Made by a program: the position numbers and the translations under genes. This document shows, piece by piece, positions 12,791 through 44,105 of a stretch of DNA of 64,000 nucleotides; positions within the stretch are counted from its first letter, which is position 1; each line of letters opens with the position of its first letter. The stretch is taken from the NCBI RefSeq assembly GCF_018977255.1, contig NW_024704742.1:18478001-18542000 (forward strand), written 5' to 3'. Under the pieces are notes generated by a model. The model saw nothing but the letters and a program-made list of their open reading frames with translations, was not told the DNA's origin and did not search any database. The stretch comes from Callorhinchus milii. Its lineage: Eukaryota.

Positions 12791-14419
12791 ATAGCCCCTC
12801 GATAAAAAATGACTCTACTCATTCTTTCAGAGGAAAATAAGGGAAAAGGCATGAAGACAGACAGACAGCTGATGGTGGCCTCTTTGAGACCAAACCACTC
12901 ACAAGGATCAACCACCAGGAATCTCAGGGTAGAAATGGGGGCATCTTAGCCTGATGCAGGTAATAATCAGTAATTCACCAATGCATGCAAAAGATGCGCA
13001 TATGGGCTGTGCACTAAATTTCCATCATTCATCACTGCATTTTTACATTCTACTCTTAAAAAGAATGAGCCTTACCTCTCAGGTGACACCATTTTATATA
13101 ACACCATTATATGTATTATAATGAAGGTTTTGATAAGGTGAACATTGATAGGAATAGACTGTTTCCACTTGTTAGTGGTTCCAAAACAAGGGGACAAGAA
13201 TATAATAATAATCCTTATATTTGATATAGTGTTTTTCACATCAGGAGGACATCCCACAGTGCTTCAGAGGATATGCTGAAGAATCCAGTGACTATGTGTT
13301 TTGTGAGTTATTGCACCAGTCATGTCCCACAAACAGCATAAACTCGCCACTTGTGGAGCTAAAAGGGATTTTAGGAAGAATGTCTTCATGCAGTGAGTGT
13401 TCAGAACGTGGGACTCGCTGCCGCAAGCTGTGGTTGATGCAGAGAGCATTAACGTATTTAAGAAAGTTTATTCAAACATGAGGGAGAGGAAATAGAGAGG
13501 CATAAGGGAGAAGATGAGATGAGACAGGATGGAAGCTGATGTGGAGTATAAACACAAATGAGCAAATTAGTTGGGCTTTTTCTATGTAGTTTATTCTGTG
13601 TAATTCTATGTAATTCTATGTAAGTAAATTAATAAAGCTATCGTTGGATTATCAGAGACCTATGACTGGTAAGAATTCTAACCCTGTGATCACATAACAA
13701 CATAATTCCCAATGTGATTTGCCAGTAAGTTCATGTTTTTGCAACATTTTAACATCAAATAGTCAATACTAGCCTTCAAAATAAAGCCAAGGACCAATCA
13801 ACAATCAGCTTAAGTGGGAGGGATGCACAAAATCAAGGTCAACTTCACTCTTCCTAAAGAAAGATACTAAATTTTCAAGCAATTTGCAGCTAATATTCTA
13901 GTGGATTTTACAAATCTAACCCTTATTTTATAATCCTTACATTTGATATAGCTCCTTTCAGGATGAGAGGATGTCTCAAAGCACTTCACAGGATATGCTA
14001 CAAAGTGGAGTGACTGTGCATGTCATGGGTGAATTAAACAGCCAATGTCCCACAATCAGTCAAGAAATGAATGAACAATTTTATTGGAAACATCTAAGGC
14101 CAGGACGCTGGGAAAACCTCAGTGCCAGTCCAGACTTTATAAATAAGAAGACAAAGACAGGCGTGAAAAGTCATTAAACACAATTCAACACAATAACCTC
14201 GCTGAGCATTTGGGGAAGAAGTTGATAAATCACCTCAGGAGGAATTCTCTGAAAATGTGAAAAGATCACAATTTTCAGTTATTTAGTCACAGATGTTTTC
14301 TTCGGATAAGGTAAGTTAGAAACCATAATTTCTGAACAAAAACTCAATTGCTCAATTAATAAAAAAAAACTTTGCTAAACTGAAATCATGGGTTGTGGTT
14401 TGGTGACATTTTCCCACTC

Positions 14420-14967
14420 TGCTTTTTCTGACATTTTCCTCACCGGCCTCCCCTCCACTACCATCCATAAAATCCAGATAATTCAAAACTCTGCCACCTG
14501 CATTCCCATCCGCACCAAACTCTGCTCCCCGATCACCTCAGTCCTTGCCAGACTGCACTGGCTGCCTATCCCAGAGAGAATCGATTTCAAGATCCGCACC
14601 CTTGTATTCAAGTCCCTGCACTCCTCTGCAGCCCCTACATCTCTGACCTCCTCTCTCCTCAAAACAGTACCCCTTCATTTCTCCGGGTCTGGCCTCCTCC
14701 TCGTCCCCCAAATCCCCCGCTTCACCCTCGGTGGCTGTGCCTTCAGCCACTATGCCCCGAGGCTCTGGAACTGCCTTCCTCACTCCCTTCGTCTCGTTCC
14801 CTCCCTTCCCATTTTCAGGCCTTTCCAAAAACCTTTCTTTTGACCGCGCCTTTGGTCACCTCCTTCCCCCTCCCCCTGGCTCGGTTCCGGGATCTGTTAC
14901 TGTAAAGCGCTCTGAGACGCCGTCCGGCGTGGAGGGCGCTATATAAATCCAAGTTGTTGTTGTTGTT
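14420..14967 (+). mobile_element. L2 LINE 3' fragment (tail type B)
   Basis: IQNSA...LARLHWLPIPERIDFKI...APRLWN; same tail as 1411-1810. Confidence 0.9.
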
Positions 14968-15949
14968 ACTTGCCTTGTGGTCAGAAGAATTAAAGGAATT
15001 GGGAAATTCTCATTGCTTGGGCAGAAGCATAAAAATAGATGCTTTGTTTTGGTCTGGAATTAGACAGTGCCTGTTTGCTTTTGCATAATTTTTGTTAAAA
15101 AAAGGATTAGAGAACATTTATTTAATTTAAAAGTTGTCTGGGTTTCAGCTGGATTCCGTGAAACTTGAGAATATCTACCAATATCACTATCTATTTAGTG
15201 ACCATTTTTGGACAGAATTATATGGTCTGTATGCTATACTGTGGCAGATCTAAAGATCTCTAATATAAGACAATACACAGACAATCTTACTTTGCAATAT
15301 TTTCTGTGAAGCGCTTTGAGACATCTCAGTGACACGATAGGACGTTATATCAAATGTGAGGATTATTATTAGTATATGCTGATCAATAAAGATAGCCACA
15401 TTTTTTTAATAAAAAATACTACTATTGGTGATAACCCCCTGCTACATTGAGCTAGTCCTGCATGTTATCTATTTAATTTGTCCTTATCCTCTACCATCTG
15501 AAATGGAATCATTTCAATGTTTTGCATTAATAATCATGTTTGTCCAGATGTCATTGATGCACAGATTGCTCCAATATTAATCAGATGAAGAATTGATACA
15601 CTATAAAGTGTAGCATCTTTGCTGGTATTGCTGATGGGCTTTTGTTTAAGTGCAGGTGTCTGGCAATTGATTTGGGGTGTTCTTCTTCACTGTACAAACC
15701 ATTGCAGAAATTGATGATAAGTGCTGGAAGGACACATCTAACCATAGGAAGCAGAGAAAGAGATAAACGAGCCAGAAGTACCCCTCATGAATGGCAGAAG
15801 AGGGTCTAATAATTCAGTAAACACAAGTTTTTAAATAACTGTTTACTTAAATAATAATTAATAGGTTGGACTAGGTGCTACTGAATTCCATCTGGTAAAA
15901 TAGGTCAAGAACCATTTTTAATTATGTCAAGAGAACTCTCTCTACTTTG

Positions 15950-16240
15950 TCTTCACAACTCTTACCTCCATAAACTGCAGATTATTCAGAATTCTGCAGT
16001 TCTCTCTTGCACGAGGCTCCATGAACCTATCACCCCCATCCTCGCCCGGCTCCACTGGCTCCCCATCCCTCAGAAGATAGAGTTCAAAATCCTCGTTCTC
16101 ATCTTCAAAGACCTCCACGGCCTTGATCCTTCCTCAGTGACCTGCAAATGCCCTATTGACCAGTCTGCTCCCTCCCCAGTCAATTCTTCAGCCTTTCTGC
16201 CCCAACCTTTGGAACTCCATCGTTTTAAAACCTTCCTCTT
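15950..16240 (+). mobile_element. Degenerate L2 fragment
   Basis: LHKLQIIQNSA...LARLHWLPIPQKIEFKILVL. Confidence 0.8.
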
Positions 16241-18549
16241 ACACCAGCAGATAATGACCAGGGAAGTTGTACTAGTTAATCTAAATCTTTGATAACGATG
16301 TGCGGGACCAATCTATAGTATGCATCGGAACACTGGCTGTAAAATTGGCTAATATTGTACATTTTTGGTGGATAGTTCACTTCAGTTCACTGTGGGAGAT
16401 ATGACAGATACCAGCCCATTTCCCAATGCAGAGATCAGAAAAAAATGCTCTTTATACTAAGGCTGTCAGATTCTTCCCAACAGTTTCATAGGGTGATACA
16501 CTCCTTTTAGCTGTCTTCTTCAGATGAAGTTGCTCACAAAACACACAGTCACTCAACTTTACCGTATATCCTGTGAAGCACCTTTGGACGTCCTCCCTAT
16601 GTGAAAGCCACCATACAAATGTAATATGTTGTTGTATACAAAAAGGAAGGATTAATATTATTAATTATAATTCATTAACTATTATTAATCCAAAAAAATT
16701 CTTTCTACCTTTGTGGCCATTTTAGTTTTCTACACAAATATTACAGGTGCTATTCAGTTATCTGCATTCATAATCTTAGTGATAAAGTTTAAAACACCAG
16801 TCATATTTTTGTTCACCTGTATGAAAGGAGCTGTACAGCATACCTAGAATACCAGGGATTATCATTAGCCACTCTGTTAGTGTACCATTGCAGTCATGCA
16901 GACATGTTTACCAGCCTATTGACGAATGCAGGACTAAGTGCAGAGCCTGTACTCAAATAAAATTATATAATTCTATCACTCTCAAGGCTGAGGGCTATAG
17001 GTCAACAGGCTTGTAAATAGTCTAGTATGAAGGCTGTATGCCTTAGTTTACATTTTCAATGCCTTGATTTATTTCAGTTGATGTCATTTGTCAATTTCAA
17101 ACAAATAAATACGCTGTGGAACTAAATAGCATTGTTTCTTTGGTTTGGGAAAAGTTTGATTGTGAAAACAGGAGAAGAGCAAAACTTATGTTTTTGTTGT
17201 ACAGCACAAAGCTTGTTATAACAAAACATAATTGTCAAGGGAAGTCAGATACTGAATATTAATGAAGTACAATTCTTATGAATTAAACATGGATCTTTCA
17301 ATATAATTGTAATTTTAGCTACCATATATGCAACTCCCAATATCAATAATAATAATAATATTCCTTACATTTGGTATAGGCCTTTCACGTGGGGATGCTG
17401 TCTCAGAGTGTTTCACAGGATATACTGTAAAATGTAGTGATTGTGTGTTTTGTAGGTGAATGCAGCAATCAATTTGTACCTAACAATGTCTCACAAACAG
17501 CCATGGAGCGACTGACCAATATCAATCTGACTGTAGCTGCTATGCATGAAGCTCCTAATATTAGAGTGTCTTCAGTTACTGTACATGAAGTCTTATACTC
17601 CTTATAGAATTTCTTGCAGTACAACATTACAGCAGATTGTAATAACCTGTTTGTTGAGTTGTGACTGACTATCTCAACACAAACATCACAAGCCTTGGTC
17701 GACCAAGGTTGCAAACTCCTCACAAAAAAAACTTTTGCAAATTTGTCATTCACATATTTTCATTTCAAATAACAAACTCCACCCCTGCCTTTGTGAGACT
17801 CCTCCATGTTTATACAGTTCAGTTGGTTTATTGGTTGCTTTTGCTGCTGAGTTAACTGCTTGTTAATTTTGTTTCGTGAGCACAAAATAAACCTCCTGTA
17901 TTTTAAATCATTTTTTTAGAAATGCTATTACAATTTGTTTGTGCTATATGTTTTACTCGTGTGTTTAAAACAACTCAAAATGATTTTCAGGTTAATATAA
18001 CAATCAATTTACAAATGCACAGTCCAAAGGTACATAAGTTGGGGACGTCACATTTGTTACAAAACATGATATTTTGCAATTCAAGGGCATTTTAGTCAGG
18101 TTGAAGCATTGAACAAATATTTACATGCAAATGTTTGAACACGAGAATTTAGATTGTTTGTATCGTTGCAATTTCAGTATTGGGCATTGCAGTTTAAAAT
18201 GTAAAGTGAGATTATTATCAAAAAAAATTAGAAGGAGTCAGGCAGTTTGCTGTTCTGTGGTCCATTGAATAGGTAACCACTCAGTTGTCTCTGAAACACA
18301 AAGATACAACTGCTGTGGAAAAAGCTACCACAGAAAAAGAAAACTTGATCTTTGGTTTCCCAAGGATTCAGGGAGTGAAAGATTGATAAGGTGTCAGAAG
18401 ATCATCTGAAAGATAATCTCTAAATGAGACTTTCCAATTTAGGGATCTTATGAAACTTGAAACAGTTACATGTTGTTAAAATTCATCAGGAAACATATGG
18501 AGATACATTTGTGGGGATTGCAATTACGTTTGAAACAGTTGAAATAAAA

Positions 18550-18900
18550 ATAAGAATAATCCTTGCCTTATCACATTTTTGAGACATTTCAAAGTGCTTC
18601 ACAGTCTATACTGTGAAGTGAATTAGCTGTATATTGTGTGGGCGGATCGCGGCAGCCAATTGCACACGGCAGTGTCCCACAAACAGTTGTGGATTGAGTG
18701 ACCAAGTTACTATTATTATTTTTTTTTAAAGGGATTATTACTCCTGCAAAAGCAATCCACCAATCGCCTAACAATCGAGTTCCTACTTACTGCTAGGTAA
18801 ACACAGGCATATGGAATAAGGAAACTTGCCCAACGTTTTGCCCTGCCCGGGAATCAAACCCAGGTCCACTTGCTTGCAAGGCAAGTGTTAAGATTGCAAA
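18550..18900 (-). mobile_element. tRNA-Ala-headed SINE, long subtype, diverged
   Basis: Colinear with 30047-30408 and 52897-53260. Confidence 0.75.
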
Positions 18901-18929
18901 AGACACTAAAAACATTGACAACAACAACA

Positions 18930-19330
18930 GAAGTTTATGGGTTCAAGCCCCACATTAGGAATTTGAACTCAGATAGTCTAGGCTGCCACTCCAATGCATT
19001 GCTGGCCGTGTGTGCTGCATTTTTAGAGGTGCCGTCCTTCAGATGAGACAATAAATCAACGTCTCACTTGCCTGTTCGGGTAGATGTTAAAGTTCCCAAG
19101 CGCAATTCAAAAAAAGAAGGGAGTTTCTCCTGTTGTCCTGACCAATAATTGCCCGAATAAAACTGATCATTCACTTTGCAATTCACTTTGTGATATTGGT
19201 ATGTGCAAATGGGCTGTTGCGTTCACCTAAAATAGTGCTGTAAGTTTTATAGCATACCATGCAAAGTGCTTTAATGTGAAAGTTACTGTACCAAATGCAA
19301 GGATTATTAAGGGTTATTAAGGATGATTAT
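18930..19330 (+). mobile_element. Deu-domain SINE (AmnSINE1/SacSINE1-like)
   Basis: gccgtccttcagatgagac...cctgttcgggtagatgttaaag...ggagtttctcctgttgtcctg...gtgcaaatgggctg resembles the Deu central domain as I recall it. Confidence 0.7.
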
Positions 19331-19597
19331 TAAGAGCAATGTAGGTTTAATTTACTGGCCACAATGTTTATTCTTTTAAGAATTAGAATGGTTTAAAGGG
19401 TTGGAGCTGGACACTGTGCACTTTTTGTTCAAGTGGATGTTTTTTGTGATTTTCATACCTGACACAAAGTTGGGGAGCGGTGTGGAATCAGAAAAGACAG
19501 CTAAGCACATAGAAAGAAAGTTTTATGAAGTATGCACAGTCTGATAACTGGAAAATAAAGTTCAATACAGATAAACTAAAGTACTTCATCTAGGAAG

Positions 19598-19880
19598 TAG
19601 CTCAGTCCTGTAAATCAGTGGTTAGAGCACTCACCTTGCAAGCGAGACACCAGGGTTCAATTCCAGGCAGGGCGAAACCTTGGGCAAGTTTTCTTACTCC
19701 ACACGCCAATTTTATCTGGAGGATTATTAGTCAGGACATGAGAAGTAACTCCATTCTCCTTTTGAATGGGATCTTTAATTTCCACCTCAACAGGCAGACA
19801 GGACCTTGGTTTTAAAGTCTCACCTCTAACAGTGCAGCAAACCGCATTGGTGTCAACCTAGACTGTGAATGTGTGCAGTA
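19598..19880. mobile_element. tRNA-Ala SINE head (+) joined to an inverted Deu-SINE fragment (-)
   Basis: tagctcagt...gttagagcactcaccttgcaagcgagacaccagggttcaattcc to about 19705, then reverse-strand Deu sequence. Confidence 0.65.
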
Positions 19881-20562
19881 TCAAAGTTGAAAATACATAT
19901 GATTAAATGAATGTCCACAACAAGAAATATGAGATAGATAAATAATAAAGTTATGAAACTTGATTTGGATGATCCTCCAATTGACAATAGATTTACTGAT
20001 CTTGACAGGTGAGCAGCTTCTTGAAAAGAACCAAATTGAACCATTTTACAAATTTTCCACAATTCTGTGCCATCGTATATCTTATATTTTAAGACAAAAT
20101 GTTTATTTCAGGCTAAGAGTAGATTAATTGCAGTCCTGTGATTCTCCACAGGTTGGTAAATTTGAATCTAATGGGATAATAATTAATCCTGGACTTTGAT
20201 AAAGTGCCTAGAACATAAAGGTGCCTGAAGTATTAGACATTTGAAAGTGCTTCACAGAGTTTTCTGTAAAGTGTAATGACTGTTTTTGTAGGTAAATGTG
20301 GCAGCTAATTTGCACACAGCTCTGTCCTACTAATAGCCATGAAGTGAATGATTAATTTTACTTGGAGGGTTGTTGGCCAGGACACGAGGAGAAACTCCAT
20401 TCTCTTCTTTAGTGCATGAAATGTTTAATATACACCTGAACAACTTTACCATGTTTCTAATGCTGACCTGAGAGTGCTGGGCTAACACTTTAGAAGGACC
20501 TTTACATTACAAGCACCAGCACAGACATGATGCAATACGAGCTGGGGAATCAAATCAGAGAA

Positions 20563-20813
20563 TATAATAATCCTTGCATTTGATATAGTGCTTTTCACGT
20601 CTTCTAGAACGTCTCAAAGCGCTTCACAAAATATGCTGTAAAGTGAATTGACTGTATATTTGTCGGCAAAACGCAGCACAGCAGTGTCCCACAAACAGTC
20701 GTGGACTGAAAATGACCACTTCATTATTGTTTTTGTTTTGGAGGGATTATTATTAAATGTATGGAATAAGGAAACTTGCTCAAGGTTTCGCGCTGCCTGG
20801 AATTGAACCCAGG
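20563..20813 (-). mobile_element. tRNA-Ala SINE, 5'-truncated
   Basis: Colinear with 55549-55873. Confidence 0.8.
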
Positions 20814-21210
20814 TTAAAATTATTGAGTTTCTGCCAATACATTGGACATAGTAAATGCCAAGGTGACAAATGACAATCTGTTCATCTGTGACTAGGGCTC
20901 CCTCTGCCTTCTCATCCTCCTCGACCTCTCTCCTACCTTTGACACTGTGGACCACTCTATTCTCCTCCACCGCCTCTCCTCACACTTTAACCTTCAAGGT
21001 TCAACCTTGAACTTAACCTTGAATGGTTCAGATCCAATCTCTCACACTGGTTCCACTTTCTTTCCCACTACAATCCTCTGGCCTGTTGACCTGATGCCAC
21101 TGACCCACACTGAGATACTGGTCCACAATCCCTGACAGCAAGCCCAAGTGGCCTGTTGAGGCAAGGCAGAAATTGGGAAAAGAGAAAGGAGTCTCTCTCC
21201 CACACTCCTC

Positions 21211-21358
21211 CACTCACTCACTCACTCACTCACTCACTCACTCACTCACTCACTCACTCACTCACTCACTCACTCACTCACTCACTCACTCACTCACTCA
21301 CTCACTCACTCACTCACTCACTCACTCACTCACTCACTCACTCCCTCCCTCCCTCCCT
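21211..21358. repeat. (CACT)n microsatellite followed by short (CCCT)n
   Basis: Uninterrupted cactcact... tract of about 130 bp. It produces the spurious THSL-repeat ORFs. Confidence 0.97.
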
Positions 21359-21664
21359 CTCCCTTCCTGGTTGTGGGACACTGCTGTGCGCTCTCTCTGT
21401 CTCCCTCCCCTGGAGGTACGCATCAACTTATCTAATTCCAGAGAGTAATAGGCCCAGTTTGGCGAGAGCCCAGAATGTGAGTTGGGGTAACTTCTGGAGT
21501 CTAACCAGCAAAACCGCATAGCTTACCCATTGTCTCAATGTGTCTGTAATCTGTTTGCTTTACAAAATAAAATATTCTTACTGATCTTTGAAGTTCCGTG
21601 CAGTTCTCACTGTGTTTCCCCTCAGTGCTGACCCCTTCATTAAATAAAAAAATATCGCTCGTCA

Positions 21665-21880
21665 CCTGGGAGCCTTACTCTGTCTCTAACCCTGACCTGG
21701 GAATGTGGGTGGACAATATAGAAGAAGCTTTAATGTGTCTCTAACCCTGACCTGGTAGTGTGGATGGACAATGTAGAGGGAGCTTTACTGTACCTCTAAC
21801 CCTGACTTGGGAGTGCGGGAGGACAGTGTAAAGGGAGCTTTACTGCGTCTCTAGCCTGTGCTGTTGCTGACCTGGGAGCA
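21665..21880. repeat. 55-bp tandem repeat, about 4 units
   Basis: Unit approx. agctttactgtgtctctaaccctgacctgggagtgtgggtggacaatgtagaggg, with starts at 21671, 21726, 21781 and 21836. Confidence 0.85.
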
Positions 21881-22221
21881 CTGAAGGTGTTAAAAGTCCC
21901 AACACTGAAATCTTGAGTGAAAACAGTTGGAAAGAATGCTAACTACAGCATAACATATGACAGAGAAGTTTCTTCTGTGATACTAGCAGAACCATTCACA
22001 CAGTTTAAAGACATCTCAAGTCTTTCAATATCTTAGTAAAACAAAGTTGGTAACTTTCCAAAATGAAGTATCTATTCATCATAAAACCCTGCTTATTTAC
22101 TGATACATAACAGCAACAGTATCTCTGCAAAGAAGGCAGAGCTCTTTGCAAAGTCGGGAAGCTTTGAAATGTCAAGTATGTATGGAATGAAGAAGTAATT
22201 GAATTTGTACCAATACATTGG

Positions 22222-22670
22222 ACATAAGAACATAACATAACATAACATAACATAACATAACATAACATGTAGGAGCAGGAGTAGGCCTTCGGCCCTTCGA
22301 GCCTGCCCCGCTATTCAATCATGGCTGATCTTCTAGTCTAACTTTAGCTAATACCATAACCCTGCCTTATCCCCATATCCCTTAATCCCTTTTGGAATAA
22401 GAAATCTATCTATCTCAGTCTTGAATATGTTCAAGGACTGAGCGTCAACAGCCCTTTGGGGTAGTGAGTTCCATACATTCACCATCCTTTGAGTGAAGAA
22501 GTTCTTCCTCAACTCAGTGCGAAAGGGTTGGCCTCTGATTTTAAGGTTGTGACCCCTGGTTTTAGTTTCTCCAGCCAGGGGAAACAATCTCCCACTATCT
22601 ACTCAATCATGCCCTTTGATGATCTTATAGGTTTTTATAATTCTTCTATATTCTAGAGAATATAGACCCA
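22222..22670 (-). mobile_element. CR1 LINE 3' fragment with an expanded (CATAA)n tail
   Basis: FPLAGETKTRGHNLKI...RKNFFTQRMVNVWNSLP; tail microsatellite at about 22225-22267. Confidence 0.9.
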
Positions 22671-23234
22671 AATTGGGTCTATGCCCCAGTGACTGGTCTG
22701 CCCTCCAAGTCCTGCCAATGTGCCAGTCTGCCTGTGCAGTCATTAACAGTGCCTGGCTCAGGAACTGGATCACCTAGACTGCTACAGATGGCAAGTTCAT
22801 GTCACCCTGGAGCCAGTTCAGCTTCAAGGAGAACCCACTTACCACCCCCCGTCCACCTTCCAAGAGTATAGTTACTAATGACACTAAGGCGTCACAAGGC
22901 TATTCTCCATTCTGACAAGATTACCTTCCGCCAAACATCGGTGTCTTGCACTGTTCCGTTTTTAGCATTGGCAATATTATTTGCCTACCAATATGTTATT
23001 TGTCCAGATCTCATTGCATCTCAATGTGTTTGAAACTCCAAAATGTTGCAGCAGTGTTTCTAATCATTAAATTCTTATAAGGATTCATGATGGTAAAAAA
23101 CAATTTTTTCTTCCAATGATATAATCAATTTAAATTATAAAAGTACAAAAATGTGTTTTTTTTAGACTGACTGGCTCTTCTTCAGTGAGTTGTAAAGCAC
23201 CTGTGAATCATAAATAGACAATTCGGGGAACTTT

Positions 23235-23375
23235 TCTGGTGTTGTGCAACTGGTTTATAAATTTTACTCTTTTCTTATTTGAATTGCAGATTTATCTTGA
23301 CGCATGTACCTCATGTGTATCCAGAGCACAGCTGATTGGTCGGCACAGATGAAAGAAAAGCTTTTTAAAAGAGAT
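23235..23375 (+). promoter_or_regulatory. Putative TDO2 proximal promoter
   Basis: C/EBP-like gTTGTGCAAc (23241-23250), CRE half-site TGACG (about 23298), reverse CCAAT box ATTGG (23335-23339) and TATA-like TTTAAAA (23364-23370), about 90 nt upstream of the ATG. Motif matches only. Confidence 0.45.
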
Positions 23376-23460
23376 AGTTTTCAACCAGTGGCAAAGAAAC
23401 TGTGGAGAAATAAGACAAGCACCAGAAATTCAACGTGGGACTGAAGATACTGAGAAAACC

Positions 23461-42461
<19,001 letters not shown>

Positions 42462-43652
42462 CATGAAAATCAACTAAATATGACTGTATATTTTCCTCAA
42501 AATACATTAAAAAAGGAACACGCAACAAGGGTTATGAATGTTGATTTTGTAAAGTAAAACTATCTATTACAGCTGAGCACATTTTGTTTGTACTTTGTCT
42601 GCTAAGATTTTTTGCTATTAGACCTGCATATTATGCTTCAGCATCTATCAGTATCCAGAAAAACTAGTTATTATGCTTTGTTTTTGTGCACATGTTACAA
42701 AAGGTGACTTGGCCCTACATCTGTTCAGTTCTAGATTTTATCTTTAGTTTTGAATAGCTGCTACAAGACACACGTTATACCCAGATATGAAATGGATAAT
42801 ACAGCCTTTAGATAGAACCCAGCGATCACGTTCAGTATAGTTGCGTTCAGTTTTTCAGGCATATTGCAAACAGACAACGAGGTAAAGTAAATCTAGTTTA
42901 GTTCAAATTCCAACAATCCAAAGAAATCATCGGAAAGTAAAATGTGGAAATGCAGTTTTAATCTTATAATAATCCATGCATATGATATAGTGCCTTAATC
43001 AGGTCTTTGAGATGTCTCACATTTTTGAGATGTCTCAAAGCGCTTCACAGAATATAATGTAAAGTGAATTGATTCTATATTTTGTGGGCGAAACGCTTAC
43101 TTTCTGGGTTGGATTGGTAAAAGTTTTTAAAGGTGATAGAGTAGTAACTAAAGTGTCTTATTATAATTGAAACTCTCTCCCGCACAGACAACCAAATAAC
43201 ATACACTCCCATGTTAAGCTTTACATTCCCATTTACATTACCTCCCTCGCTCCCTCTCTTTCTCTCCCTCACTCACTCTTGCCTTCTGTCGCTCAACCCC
43301 CTCTCGACGACTTGATAAGGCGCTATATCAAATGCAAGGATTATTATTATTAACATGAAATTATTTATTATTACCTCATGTAAATATGAAACTATTTATG
43401 TGAAACATGATAAAGAATACACACAATTTTACTTTTTCCAAGTTCTTCAATTGAAACTTTTGCTAAATTGTGTTCATATTTAAAATAATGATCAATTGAG
43501 GGAGTGCCCTTCCCTCCGAAAAGTAGGGAAAATTTTGTAATGTTTTGTAGGTATTAAGCTTCATGGTATAATAATATTCCACTGTGAAATGCCAATGTGG
43601 TACTTGCATGGGATCCAAAACCGTCCCATTGCCTCTCCCCTAAAGATCAACC

Positions 43653-43682
43653 NNNNNNNNNNNNNNNNNNNNNNNNNNNNNN
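43653..43682. other. Assembly gap (30 N)
   Basis: Run of N. The true distance across the gap is unknown. Confidence 1.
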
Positions 43683-43754
43683 AGAGAACCAATAGGATCG
43701 TGATTGGTTTATTCCCTTACGCGCTGAGTAATCTTTCGTTGTGGAAGTCTCTAA

Positions 43755-44105
43755 TAATAATAATCATTTGATATACCACCTTTCAAATCAGGAGGACATC
43801 TCAAAGCACTTTACAGGATATACTGCAATGTGGAATAGTCACTGTATTTGGTCGGCAAATGCAGCAGTCAATTTTTGCACAGAAAAGTCCTACAAATGGC
43901 TATGAAATGAAGAACCAATTTTATTTTGGGGTATTGCTGGTAGGACACCAGGAGAAACTCCCTTATCTTTGAAATAGTCCCATGGGGTCTTTAATGTCCA
44001 CTTGAACAGGCAAACCAGATCTCTTATTTGAAGGATGGTACCTCTAAAAATGCAGCATTGCATTGTAGTGTCAGCATTATAGTATCTGAGTTAAAAGTTC
44101 CTAAG
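43755..44105 (-). mobile_element. Deu-domain SINE, diverged
   Basis: ggacaccaggagaaactcc...catggggtctttaatgtccacttgaacaggca. Confidence 0.7.

Noticed and set aside
13076..13107. Alternative ASIC5 coding exon 1 (MVLYKMVSPER|gtaagg, phase 2)
   Set aside because: The phase fits, but it abuts a CR1 relic, shows no similarity to known ASIC5 N-termini and has no promoter evidence. It is kept only as an alternative in the findings.
21156..21521. THSL-repeat ORFs
   Set aside because: Translation of the (CACT)n microsatellite.
22940..23340. Glucocorticoid response elements like those of mammalian TDO2
   Set aside because: Only half-site-like matches (tgttcc, agagca) were seen, with no convincing AGAACAnnnTGTTCT palindrome.
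42506..42511. TDO2 polyadenylation signal (ATTAAA)
   Set aside because: Plausible but only 45 nt after the stop, and the next clear AATAAA (about 44245) is beyond an assembly gap. It cannot be assigned without transcripts.
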